A stretch of DNA of 63,507 nt, filler included, from Ministeria vibrans ATCC 50519 (GCA_943704425.1; 9 parts of 9 records of this genome joined end to end with filler, not necessarily neighbours in it); one strand, 5' to 3'; counted from the first letter of the whole stretch, positions 13,174 to 25,814 are shown. Numbers and translations: made by a program. Notes: generated by a model from the letters alone, not told the origin.

Positions 13174-14191
13174 GGCTCAAAAAAGACGAACAATAATAAA
13201 AACGTATTGTTTATTATGAGTTTACCTTGAGCTGCATTTCGAGCGAGTTGAGTGTGATGGGTTTGTTGTCCTGCTGGAAATTCTGGAGAATACCGCGAAC
13301 GGTCGCCATGTAGAGCTGTGTGTCGTTTGCGCGCAGGTTCATCAGCTTCTTGATATTATCCATGCCGAGTGTGCCAAAGTCAAAAAGCAGCGGACGCACC
13401 TCACACTCGTACTCAGCATACAACTTTTGTTTGTTCTTAAGTGATGCCCGTGTCGTCAGCACAACCACTTCGGCAGCACGGTGTCCGTTGGGTCCGTCCT
13501 TGGCCAGACCGATTGCCTCGCACACACTCCCATCGTCAGCATAGTGTGCTACCAGGGCCGTCATGGGCTGATGCAGTTTCGATACACCCTCTTCGCCCTC
13601 CCCACCAGGCGCCGGGATCATGCACCCTTCAAGAATGCAGCTGGCTGAATGCGATTTTCCCGCACCTAATATAGAGAATAAGGAACAGACGACAGATGTT
13701 GGCGGTTAAAAGGAAGTTAAATTCAATCAATTGATTCAATAATGCACCTTGAAGACCAACGATGGAGACACAAAATGGCGCGTGCGTATTGATAAACACG
13801 TTCTTTCCATCAGCACTACCCAAAAACGAATATTCGCTATCTTCATATCTATATGATTGTGTGAAATTATGAGGAAGGGTGACGAGACGACGAGCGGAGT
13901 ATTACTGATCATGATTGGCCTTCAAGAATGACGTGTCAAAGAGAGGGGTCGCAAGGACGTCTACATATGTTTAAACAGAAAGAAGTAATAAACACAATCA
14001 GGTGAGTCATGCATCGTGTGGAGCGACGATATTTATAATGAAAGAGAAACGATCAACTCACTCGACCTACTTTTTTTCTCTTGCGATTTTTCAGGCGAGA
14101 AATCAGAGATGAGAGCAGTAATGCTCTCTGTCGCGTCGTGAGAGGATGACGCAGCAGACGCACGGCTGATGGTGTACTTATTAAGAGACAT
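12162..14191 (-). CDS. HerA/FtsK/TrwB-like P-loop ATPase, multi-exon
   Basis: Spliced Walker A VGLQG|AGKSHS; VDLSDPLI; Walker B AFFDEAHQY; ARRMRHTGMRLIVSSQSP (Arg finger + sensor, cf. HerA RKxG...xxTQxP); FVLMHHFTAPKW; C-terminal LRVRRRLTCDLGKT*. Confidence 0.8.
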
Positions 14192-14746
14192 CGTGTCCTT
14201 GAGATGCAGTATGTGTGTTCGTTTGAGACAAACTGCAATCAAAATAGAGTGGAGTTGAATTTTTACACTCTCTCCTACAACTGCTCAAGAGCTCTCCAAT
14301 GCCACGCTAAATACAGCAGAACCAAAAGTAGTCCGTCACTATACACTACGCCTATCAATTTCAGGGCAAACGTGCGTGTTTGACTTGCGATTGTGGTGAC
14401 AAATCATAAACTATTTCAACTCCATTTCAACTCCACTCAAAAAAAAATAGTAAATTAAAAGAGTACCCGCCAAGCTTACTTATAGTTTGGGTTAGGACAA
14501 TTGCCAGCTTTGAATATCAGTTGCAATAATGGCTTATGAATGAGTGAGTTTTGAAGACACAAAAAAAGTGACTGAAAACAATAAAATTAATTTTGATTTA
14601 TGCAGTTGGATGTAACTCAAAAGAGAAAAGATAACCATAAAAAATTTAAATTTTTTCTACTCAAACATGTTGATCTGGAACCTCTTTATATAAGTAATAT
14701 AACTAACTCCAAAACCTTTCACCTCAAAACATTCTCATCACTTTCA

Positions 14747-17466
14747 TTACTCAGTCTTGGTCGCAGGGAGCGCAGTCAGACGACGACGCAAAACGGCAGG
14801 CGGAAAGAACAGCCGAACGCGCACATCCCGAGTGGTCGAATCAACAAGATCAATGCTAAAATAATAATAATAATAAACCCCAAAAGAGTCAATCGCTCAC
14901 TTTTCTCAGATCAAAATTCAGTCGAGTCCAAAACTTGATCAGAAAATTTCCTAAACTCACTGAGACACCAAACACAACCCACATCATTCGCTCACAGACG
15001 CACAGGCATACACACAACACTCCACACATATTCCCCTCTCTCTATACCACTTTGTATCTTTCTCCCTCCCTCCTTTCTCTCTCTGTCTCACCTGGCGCGA
15101 AAACCGCGTTCCGACAGAATATCGACAACCATTTCAGTGAAAAGGGAATTTCGCATGAGTTTGGCAGTGGGGTCACTGCCTCGCGTGCTCTGGAGCACCG
15201 CAATGCGTCCTGAGAAGGCATTGCGCGCAAGAACGGGAGTAATATGCAGCTCAATGTACGCCAGTGCCTAAAAAAGTATAACGATGTGTAAGCTGAGAGT
15301 GCATCAAATGAATGAGTTTGAGAGGAGAAATAGTATAGTAATTATTTGTTGAAAAATGAAAATTAATGAGGAGTCACTCAAGTGTGGAAGCGAGTGACTC
15401 TACTAAAAATAATAAAATAATAATGTAGTATGTCTGATTTCGTTTTACCTGGGTAAATAATTGTGCGTGTGATTTGTTATAGACCATTAAACGTTTCAAA
15501 AGCGCCTAAAATTATAGAAGAAAAAGTCATTTCCAATTTATTATCAAAAATAATTTAAGAATAATAAACAAAAACAAAACTTAAGGTTCTTACTGAACGA
15601 GCGTCATTTGCAATTTCGTGCGCCAACGGAATACGTTCGATCTTACGATACGTTTCTTCATTGAGTTCAGACGAACTCTGGTACGCAAACTACAAATACA
15701 AGAAGGAATAACATTCTTTTGTCCTAATTTTCTTCAAACCTGCTCCATAATTGTGTGTTCAACTGTTTTGACATCACCCTCCGCATCCACAATATGGAAA
15801 TCATAGTAGCTGCAAAGGTCATAACCAGTACGTTTTGAGCAAACATCTAAGCATTATTGTTTCTTCCTACTCTCTGAGTTGCAAAAGTGTTCTGCGATGG
15901 TTTGCAAAAATCTCATAGCGCTTTGCAATCAACTGCAAAAAAAAAAAAAAAAAAAAAAAAAATCAACATCAATTCAACATTAATAATTATTGCCGTCAAT
16001 AGCTCACATAGAATCAAATTTTGGTCCATATAAAATCCTTTAAAACCACAAAAATATAATAATAAACAATTAGCTTAGACCTTTTCATCAAAATCAGTGA
16101 GTCGCTCCTCCACAATCGCTCCCGTTCCCTTTTCGCGCGCCTTCAGGTTCGCCTCCATTGCTTTCTTGCCTCGATTCAACTGGCGCGCAATCGATTCTTT
16201 CTCCGACACGTACAGAATCTTACATAACACAAAACAAAAAAAAGTTTTGGTGTTGTGCGTGTGTGTTTTCTTTTGTTTTTCTGTGTTCTTACGACAATTT
16301 TGTACTTTGGAACAATGATTGAGTCGTCGGAACGTTCGCGACGAAGCTCCCTCAGACGGTCTTGGAACATTTTCATCATTTCAACCTGGACATTTGTGCG
16401 AGGAAACCCGTCAACGAGAACTGCAAAGAAGTAAAGGAATAAGAAAAGAAGAGATCAACATCAAGCACTTTGTGTAAATATATATGGTACCGCCTTCTCT
16501 GTACATGGGATCCATGAGAGCCTTGAAGAGTCGGTGGCACACGTGACGGTCTTCGATCATGTCGCCACGGTCAATGATCTCCTTAAATTCCGGCAATCTA
16601 AAAAATTAGAGAGTATATCACAAGGAAGAGTTTAATGACTTTATGTTGACGAGTGATGTGAGCATCGGATCATGCAACTCTCAAGGAAAAGGAAAGAAAC
16701 CCAAGCACACCCACTCACTCACTCACTCACAAAGAACAATAACATAAACTACAACCCAAAGACACCCACCCACTCACCCACTCTCTCACGAAGAACAATA
16801 ACATAATAATTATAACTGCAACCCAAAGACAGTCACCCACTCACTCACAAAGAACACTAACATATAATTATTACTACAACCCAAAGACAGTCACCCACTC
16901 ACTCACAAAGAACAATGACATGATTGATAAACCACACATACCGCAACATGTCACTCATAATGATGGGCGGCGCGGTAATGTCACGGGCCTTCAGAATGAA
17001 CGGTGTGTTGGTGCCCTTGCCGGCGCCGGGGGCTCCATTGAGCCTGCAGGAGAGACAGGAGGAGAGAGAGAAGATCCGACACCATAAACACTCCAAAATA
17101 ACATTTTTGTGGAATTCACTTTGTTGGGCCTAATTTGTACCAAATGATCTCGCGCGGCATGGTCGCGCGGTGCTTTATGACCGACAGTTCGATGTCGGCA
17201 AAGACCTGGTTGAATATCACCTGATGTGCATATTTTGAGGGTTGAGGAGTTGAAAACCAAAAAAAAAAAGCGTTCAAACTCACCTCAGTGTCCGTTGCCG
17301 GCGACTCGCGCTTTGCCGCTGGGCTCTCTTCAACCGGTTCGTCCTCATCGTCGACTGGTGGAGGCGTACGGCTCAAACCAGCGCCTAATTTTCGTGAAAT
17401 GTGTCGGATTTGCTGATGAGGACAAAAGGACGTCCCAGCGATGCCTCGAAGAACGCCGCGTAGCAT
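14747..17466 (-). CDS. Adenylate-kinase-family protein with C-terminal extension and putative mitochondrial presequence, many exons
   Basis: PREIIW|[18 protein letters not shown]-loop; DGFPRTNVQ; [13 protein letters not shown]; C-terminal VDILSERGF. Arg/Leu-rich N-terminus [11 protein letters not shown]. Confidence 0.8.
16700..16915 (+). repeat. Intronic tandem repeat, ~60-75 bp unit (ACCCACTCACTCACAAAGAACAATAACATA...ACAACCCAAAGAC), ~3-4 copies
   Basis: Direct repeats visible inside an adenylate kinase intron. Confidence 0.75.
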
Positions 17467-17802
17467 GGTCGTGTGTGTCTTGGTCGCCGTGGATCAAACA
17501 ACACGACTTGAAAGGCAAAACGAACTCAAGTGTTATTTTCAGTAATCAGTGTAAGTTTAAACCGATTGATTCAAATTCAAATAATTATTATTATTAATCA
17601 ATCGACTGGCGGGTGACTGGTACAAACCGCGACCTTCATTGGATGATGACGTGGTGGTTTTGTTCGGTAGTGTTGCCGCCAGAGCCTCACCAGCCTAGCA
17701 ACAACAACTACTCAAACCAACAATAACTTATGACACACACACACAAACACAAACTGACTTGAAACCATATACACAGTAGCAGTGTAATACGAATATTTTT
17801 TG

Positions 17803-19992
17803 TTAATAATCATTCCCCAACTTTGAAAGAGGCACACAATGAGCCCCCCCACTGCACCGATAGTAACTGCCACAGTTAATCCAATTGAATCCATTTGGAC
17901 AGTTGCCAAGCTGTCTCAGTCGCGCTAGTTTTCGCTGCTCTCGTGCCTGTTCCTGTCGCAGCTGCTCCGCCCTCAGTCGCGCCTCTTCCGCCGCTCGTCT
18001 CGCCGCCTCCCGCTCTGCCTCCTCCTCCGCCAGTCGTGCCGCTTCCTCCGCCGCCAGTCGCTCCTCCTCTGCCCGTCTCAGCGCTTCCTCTCGCTCCGCC
18101 TCTTCCCGTTCCTGTGCCGCACGCGCAGCCTCCAACTCAGCCCACACTGCATCAGTGACTCCCGCATCGCGAACCGGTCGACGTACCTCTTCCGCACAAC
18201 ACTCCTCAAACACTTCCTCTTCCACCTCTTCTTCCTCTTCTTTCTCATGCGCCGCCACCATCTTCATACCTCCACCGCCACCTCTGCCGTTCATTGGCCC
18301 TACGCTCGTCTCCATCTCCAGCGCGCCATGCACATTCGCTTGCAACCGCACCAGACCCCTCGCAGCCATCGTGTCGCGCTCCGTCGCCTGTTTCGCCGCC
18401 ACCATCGCCTCCATGGCCACGCGCAAATCACATTCGGCTACCAGACTCTCGTTTGTACCATTGGTGCGCGCGCCAAAGCACGAGAAGACCTGACGCGCCA
18501 ATTTGACCGTGTCTCGGCCATTGGCCCACCCAGGAGCCGCCACAAGCGCCTCCAACACTGTACCCAGCGCACCATCTGCCTCGACACTCAACTGCAAATC
18601 AAACCTGTCGCGCAACAGCGAACGCATCACCTTCTCTGCCTTGGCCACTGGCCAGTCAGCAAAGGTAATCACAGTGGGCACGCGACTGTCAAGGCCCGCA
18701 TTGACACTAAGCAGGGCCGCCATGTCCTCGGGGTAGCCCGCCAGCACAACCGCCATGTTGCCCAGAAACTTGGGAAGTGTCAGTGCCTGCACAAGCGCAT
18801 CAACCACTTCGCGGTGCGGAATAAGCGCGTACGCCTCATCGATGAACACCACTCCGCCAAGTCCCCGCGACAGCGTCGCCTCCGTCTTGATTGCCGCCTG
18901 CTGCGCATATCCCGTCAAGAGGTCCTTGGCCGTGATTTCAATGAACACATCGTTGCTTGCAATCGCCCCCGCTGCGTACAGGTGCTTGCCCAGCTCACGC
19001 GCCGCCGTCGTCTTGCCTGTCCCCGGCGAGCCCACAAACCGATAGCCCAGACTGCCCGTCACCTCACTCAATGGAATCCCTTTCGTCTTCGCCAGTGCAA
19101 TCCCGCCTCGCAGCTCCCGCAAATACGCCAGTGTCTCTTCGCCGAGCAAGTCGAGCTGTCGCTCGTCAACCTCACTCGACGGCGGGCCCTCAAAGTCACT
19201 CGCCACCAGACGACACTCGCCCAGCAACATCATCTGCAACGCCTTCTTCTGCTGCGCCGTGCGCTTGCTGGCGCTGTTGCCAGTGGCCGCACGCAGGCGC
19301 TCCTGCCGACGACCCTTGGCGCGTCCCAACAGATTGTTCACCGCACCCGCATTGCCAAAGAAGGGCAGCTTCCGCTCGTTCGCCAGCACACCCACCGCTA
19401 CCTGTTTCGTCGCAAAGTCCATAGCAATCCCAGCATCCTTGGCTCGCATCGACAGAATGCGGAACAACGCATCGTCGTCGTAGTCGTCAAAGTGAAAGGC
19501 ATTCTGCAAATCAAACCGACGCTTTAGACCTGGATTGACATTATCCAACATCCGCTCCATCTCCTCGCGATAGCCCAACAGCAACACTGCGCGGTCTTCA
19601 CCGGGCACTCCTTGCACACGCTCGACAATTGCATCAATCGCATCCGTCTTGTACGGATCACTGTTCCCCCCGCCAACTCCCCCCGCAGAGTACAGCGTGT
19701 ACGCTTCGTCAATCACCAGCACTTTTCCCATTGCAGACTCGAGAATTTTGCGCGTTGTTTGTGCCGACTCGCCAATGACTGTCCCCACAAAGTCCGACGC
19801 GTTCTTCATCACGACTGTCCCATTGCTTAACAGCCCAATGTCGCGCAGAATGTTTCCGTACAGTCGCGCAACAGTCGTTTTGCCTTGGCAAAAACAATAC
19901 AAGTCAGACTCAACAATAATAATACTAATAACAATAATAATAATAATAACACCAACAACAACAACAATAACAATAACAATAACAATAATAAT

Positions 19993-20045
<53 letters not shown>

Positions 20046-20644
20046 AATATTTTTTATAATTATTTTCATATTTTTTACCAGTTCCGGGATTGCCAAGAAA
20101 CAAACGATTCAAATTGACGTCTTGCAACTGTCGCTCGTTCTCCTCATACTCCACGTTGGCCGCGACCAAATCAACAAGATTGTCCACGGCGCGCTTGACA
20201 CTCTCCAGTCCCTCCATGCGCTGCAACTGCTGGTACGCAACGCTCTTTGCGAGCAATGTGGCCTTGTCTGCCTTAGGGCCCAACACATCGTCGCGCTCAA
20301 ACACCATTGGGTCATAGGCAGTCCCGTCACGACGACACTGTGCAATCCGACGCGCCTGTCGCTCCTGCGTCTGCTGCAGACAGTTCCGCACAGCGCGCGC
20401 GTTGCCAAAGCCGCTGTGGCCCCTCCCTCGTCCAATCCGCCGGATCACAATCCGTCCGTACTTCTCATCGCTGAATCGAAACTGCTTCTTCTCAATTGTA
20501 AGTCCACTCTGGAGAATGCGCAGAAGCTCTTCGTCCGTATAGTCCGCAAACTAAGACCAAAATATTTTTTTCTTATTTTCCATAATAATTATTATTTTTC
20601 TTATTATTATGACAATAATAATAACAATAAGAAACAATAATAAC

Positions 20645-20703
<59 letters not shown>

Positions 20704-22023
20704 TTATTTTATATCTTACGTGAAACTGAAAGGGAAATCGCGAGGGCAGACCATCATTGTACGTGAACAACTTCTCCATGTCATTGACATAGCCCGCAAA
20801 AATGACCACCAGCTTCCCTTGTGCGTCCTCCATTTCGGTCAACAGTCGATCAAGCTCAGGGGCGTCCGGCTGAGCCCCACTCCCACCACCGCCGAGTCGC
20901 GGTACCAGCTGATACGCCTCATCGACAAACAAACACCCCCCGCCCGCCGATGAAATCTTATTCAGGTGCTCCTTCAGCACTGCCTCACGCCCCGCTCGCA
21001 GTTTTGCTCCCGTCGTCGACTCAATCGCCCCGCCCGGAATAATGCCCACCTCCTTAAGCAGCTCGGCGTAAATGGCCGCCACTGTTGTCTTGCCCGTCCC
21101 CGGGTTCCCTTCAAACCGCGCGTGCAAAAACACCTTGTCGCAACTCAGCCCTTGCTCCTTCTTCACCTCCACCAAATCGCAAATGTCCAGCATCTTCTCT
21201 TTGATGCGTCGCAGTCCAGTCAGCGCAAAAAGTTTCTCCAGTGCCTTGGGTGGCGACTTTAATCCCTTCCAGCGAGCCACTAGCGGATCCACTGGCGCAT
21301 TGACACCAGCGGAAGGACGCGCAATCATTGGCTTGCGCTGCTTTACTGTGTGCGCCTGACGGCCCACCACCGAAACAGCGTACGACTGCCATTTGTCGTA
21401 AAACGGATCAGCAGGTTGCGATGCAGCGGCAATGAGGGTGACGATGGCGTGCCCGCACGCCGTTTGCGGTCGGTCCCCTGACTTGTCGTAGGCCATCATG
21501 AATGCAGCGTGTGCAAGAAACGGTGGAGTGGCATTGTTGATGGCGGCGCGGATGGGATCCAGTGAGGCGGAAGCAGACTCGCCAAGGCTGAGGCAGCACA
21601 GTTGAGACAGCAAGTGCGCCGCAGACTGGATCTCAGGGGGCTCTTGTTCGCTGGTGAAGGCGCTCAGACGGGCAAATGAAGCAAAGGACTGTCCCTTGTT
21701 CATGAGGTCGACGCACGGCGCAAGGCGCGCAGGAATGCAGGGTGTCGCGGGAGCGCCGAACTCGCGTGAGAGGATACGCTCGAGAGCACGCTGATCGCGG
21801 TCGTCGATCGCAAACGTTGTGTGGAACCAGTCGAAGTACTCGGAGGGCAGATCGGGCAGGCACAGGTTGCGCAGACGCTCAAGGCGCTCGAGAAGACTCG
21901 ACGTGGACCCAACAAGATCCGGTAATACGTCGAGGAGTGCCGTTTGCGCCGCTGCAATGTTTTTACGACGCTCTGTCTCAACGCTCGAGACTCGGACGTT
22001 CGCTGCTGCCACTGCTGGTACTG

Positions 22024-22056
<33 letters not shown>

Positions 22057-22522
22057 CCAGTGGCTTTTTCTGCTTCTTTTGCGGCTTGGGGGCGCGGCGG
22101 GGCGGCGGGGGAGGCGAGAGGGGCAGAACGGCGTTGGGACGCAACTGATGCCACTCGTCAATGAGCTCAGCAATGTCACCCTCAACGTCGCATTCCAACG
22201 CAAACTCGCTTGTCAGATGCGCCAGGAGGGCGAGGATGCGTTCGCGTAGCGTCAGGACTGCTGGCGGCGGCGGAGGAAATCGCTTGAGCGTATCATCGAC
22301 GCTCGCGGGATGTCCGCAGACGGAGCAGGCGATAGGGGCACCGCGAGGCAGCTTGCAGCTGTCGCAGAGGAAGAGGTCGCGCGTGGCGGTGCATGCGGAG
22401 CAATGGTAGTCGATGGATGTGTTGATGCAGGTGCACACCGTGCAGCGCCAGTCGCCGTGAGACCAGTCGCCCCGCTGAAGGTGGCAGTTGATGTCGTCGA
22501 CGATGTCCAACAGAAGGTTCAT
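17803..22522 (-). CDS. RanBP2-type Zn-finger + triple CbxX/CfxQ-type AAA+ ATPase with C-terminal coiled coil and Cys/His knuckle (~1450 aa; introns 20551-20719 and 19884-20078)
   Basis: Three AAA modules with Walker A GNPGTGKT / GNPGTG|KT / GSPGTGKT, Walker B DEAY x3 and NxGLxxRF motifs. N-terminal WRCTVCTCINTSIDYHCSAC plus a second CxxC..CxxC. C-terminal CPNGFNWINCGSYYRCSGGAHCV. Confidence 0.85.
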
Positions 22523-22866
22523 CTCAAATAAAATGAAATAAGAAATAATGATTATCCTCGTAATTAATAATGAAAAATGATACGTTTGGTGAGATGCTTA
22601 AAAGTTTTGATCACTTTATTTTTTGATCACTAATCAAACACTCTTTTCTACTCCCTCCACTCCGTAAGGAGTAAGGACTAAGGAGTAAGGACTACCCACT
22701 AGGAACTAATTACTCAATCTCTTTACACCTGAGTGAATTGAGTGTGTTTCAGTTTTTTTTGATCAGGAGGTCGACAGTCAGTACCCTTGTGAATAACTTA
22801 GTTGATCATGATCAGTGATCTATTGACTATTCATTTTTCTTCCTCCCTCCCCCCCCCNNNNNNNNN

Positions 22867-24078
22867 GGTGGCATTTCCCCCAACCACCATGGACGTGTCC
22901 ACAAGAGACAATGAAGCGGAATTTTGAACAAAAACGCTGCCACTGAGTGTGTAGGTCGTGTTACCCAGCGGCGATGGGTGAAGCGCAAGAGATGCCACCA
23001 CCTGCGTAGTGGTTGTCAGCACGTCGATAGAGGAATCCATGCCCTTGACGGTGCCCTGAATGGACACTTGGCCGCCCTGGATGGTCAGGGCCGGAGTTGT
23101 CTCCCATGACCCCGTTGCGGAGAGTGTCAGTGAAAACGGCAAAGTGGGACCGGCCGCGACGGTCGAGAGAATACCATCAACACTGAGAAGACCATTGGGT
23201 GCGCCTCCGAGACTTGTTCCCACAGTGAGGGTGTCGAGGGCACGCAGAAGCACACTGGCGCCCGAGTCGACAACAAAGGTGGGGATAGAGAGGGAATAAG
23301 GAGGCGAGTTGGACGGGTCGTCGTGGTTTGTAAGAACGTTAGTCTCGGCTGCGCGTGACGAACCCGAAAGACCCGCGGCAAAGACGAGCTTCCTAAGACC
23401 CAACGGTACAATGTCGATGTACATGGATCCGGCGGCGCCAGAATTGACGCCAATGCCCGATTGCGCCTGAAGGTTTTCCACAAACAAACTGCCAACGGAG
23501 CCTGTTACAACTAGAGCAATCCGGCCGCCCGATCCACCACCGCCGCGATACTGCCAAAAAATATATATTATATACATATGAAAATCTGTTTCGGCCAAAG
23601 TAAGATGTGATGTTGAGTTGTACCGTTGCCGACGGAGAGGTGCCACCATTGGCGCTGTACAAGCCCGGACCGTCGATGTCAACGGTGGTGATCCAAAGAG
23701 ATCCGCCAGCTAACGAATACGTCGAGAATGAGTGCAACATGTATTTGCGTTGCGGCGACAGAACGAAAGGGGGTTTTTTGGTCAATTCGTGGGATCTACG
23801 CTGTTAGTTTGGACGTACCACCACCACCACTGGAGAGGGTGCGAGTGCAGCACACAGAAGATGATGAAGAGGCGCCGTTGGCACCGTTGCTGAGAATGCT
23901 CCCACGGTTTGCGAGGGATTGCGTGTTAAGCTTGAAAGCGCCGCCGCCAAGGCCGCCCGCCTTGCCGCCTGTTAGCGAGCCAGGTGGACCCACGTTGGTG
24001 GGCGCAAGGGGATCGCCGGTCTGGACACGGTACGTGCTGCTCGTCGACGAGGTCCCGGCACCGCCAGGGCCAGCATGA
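22867..24078 (-). CDS. Internal fragment of a large Gly-rich repeat (GGxGG...GGGGSGGRI) extracellular-type protein
   Basis: Exons encode GHAGPGG...GDPLAPTNVGPPG...GGLGGGAFKL...AGGSLWI...SANGG...GGGGSGGRIAL...GAAGSMY. No start or stop found; bounded by the 9-N gap at 22858-22866 and an intron acceptor at ~24080. Confidence 0.65.
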
Positions 24079-24402
24079 CCTACGTTGTGGTCACAGGAGA
24101 TGGCGTGAGAACCAAAGGAGGCAGAAGAGAATTACGTGTTTTTGTCGGGAAAGAACCAAAACGACAATTGTCCTTCTGACGACTCTCACAGCGCATAGCG
24201 GCCCTCTCCACCCCTCCCGCACGCTGTACGGCACCCCCCTGAAACACCCCCGACGCCCTCTCCCCTTCCATGTCGTCTTCTTTTTTCTTCTTTGTTTCCT
24301 CTTTCGATTTTTTTTTTCTTTTCGATTTTGTCTCAGTCGAGTTCGACCCAACTCGACTCGCTCTAAACGCTCATTCCTGCCCTCTCCGCCCTCCCCGTGC
24401 AG

Positions 24403-25731
24403 TTAAAAACCACCCAGGAGATGCTTCAGAAGCGCATCGACTTCTTAGAGATACAGAGCAACAAGGAGAGGAGCAAAGCAGCCGCAAATGCGCAGAAGAA
24501 CAAAAAGCGTAACGACCGAACGAAAAAAGTTGAGCGTCGATTGGTTTTTTTTTGTTTTTTTTGTTTTTTTTTTTTCGCGCTTTATCGGCTGTTTGGGGTG
24601 TCCGATTGCACATTTCAGGGTGGATATGGTGAAGGGGTGTTCGTGGTGGAGCGTGGTGGTCGGCGAGGGGCCTTAGGAAGACGACTGACGCGCTGTTTTG
24701 GGTTTTGGTGTTTAGTGGCACTTTTGGCATTGAAGAAGAAGAAGATGTACGAGTCGGAGGTGGACAAGTTAACAGGAACCATGATGACCATTGAGGAGCA
24801 GGTACACGGCGACTGGATGCGACAGAGAGCACAAAAAAACAAACGCGCACTCTAATAATATAATAATTATGATAATTATTGTGATGGACTATAAAACAAT
24901 CATACGTTTACTGTTTGCTTTTATAGGTTTCAATGCTTCAATCGGCCAGTGTAAACATGGAGGCCTTCTCGGCCATCCAAGGCGCCGCATCCACTATGAA
25001 ACAGCTCAACAAGAACATGTACAGAAAAATTGTGTGTGTGAGTCAAGAAGAGACCCCAACTGACACACACACACTCGGGCTTTTGTTTTTTCCATTAGGA
25101 ATGTCGATCAAGTGGACGCAGTCAAAGATGATATTCGCGACCAATATGAAACTGCCAAAGAGATCTCAGACGCCATTTCAACACCCTCTGGATTCGGTGC
25201 AGACATTGACGAGGATGAATTAGGTACAAACACAAAAATCATCAGTGATCAACCAGTGATGAATGGTTGTTAATAATAATTATTATTATTAATCACGATT
25301 ATAGAGGATGAACTTGAGCAGCTGATGCAAGAAGAGCTTGATGCGCAACTGGGGAGTGTGGAGCCACCGTCAGTGGCACTGCCCACTGTGCCCACAGCAA
25401 CGCCTACTGCGGCCATGCCTGATGTGCCAACGGCCGCACTGCCTGCTGCAGGGGCTGGTACGATGAATGGGAGAGACGAAAACAATATAATTATATATAT
25501 ATAATTATATCGTGTGTGTGTGTGTGTGTGTGTTGTACATTGTGGTGTGGTGGATTGTGTAGTGTTATTTGCACCGATTTGTGTGATCCAGATACGAGTG
25601 GGAGAGCGAATGTGTGGCACAGTTTTCATCTGATTTCTCACTCACACCCTTAATATAATTTATTTCTTTTTGTTTCTTTAGCTGCTCCAGTTCATGACGA
25701 ACTAGCTGAACTTGCAATGTGGGGAACATAA
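24403..25731 (+). CDS. CHMP4: ESCRT-III Snf7/CHMP4 (first exon not found)
   Basis: LKTTQEMLQKRIDFLE...AQKNKK|ALLALKKKKMYE...TMMTIEEQ...DIDEDELEDELEQLMQEELD...DELAELAMWGT*. Confidence 0.9.
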
Positions 25732-25814
25732 AAAATATCACGTCTTTACTGTTGCCTATAAAGTCACTCGTCTTGTTTTTTTAAGCAAAAACTCACTCAT
25801 TTTTTATCACTCAT

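Noticed and set aside
16700-16915. Repeat-spacer-like pattern that might suggest a CRISPR array
   Set aside because: The units are degenerate tandem duplications with no unique spacers, lie within an intron, and have no cas genes nearby.
18247-19527. 426-aa plus-strand ORF and other long antisense ORFs (e.g. 25712-26797, 31562-33031, 34405-35331)
   Set aside because: These are shadow or alternative frames of GC-rich real genes (triple AAA, RRP12, NUP98) with no recognisable motifs.
22605-22822. TGATC-rich clusters here and at ~11970-12000 flanking the HerA-AK-AAA block, plus a short TAAGGAGTAAGGAC duplication at ~22665-22692
   Set aside because: No extended alignable terminal repeat, target-site duplication or transposase is visible, which is insufficient to call a mobile element.
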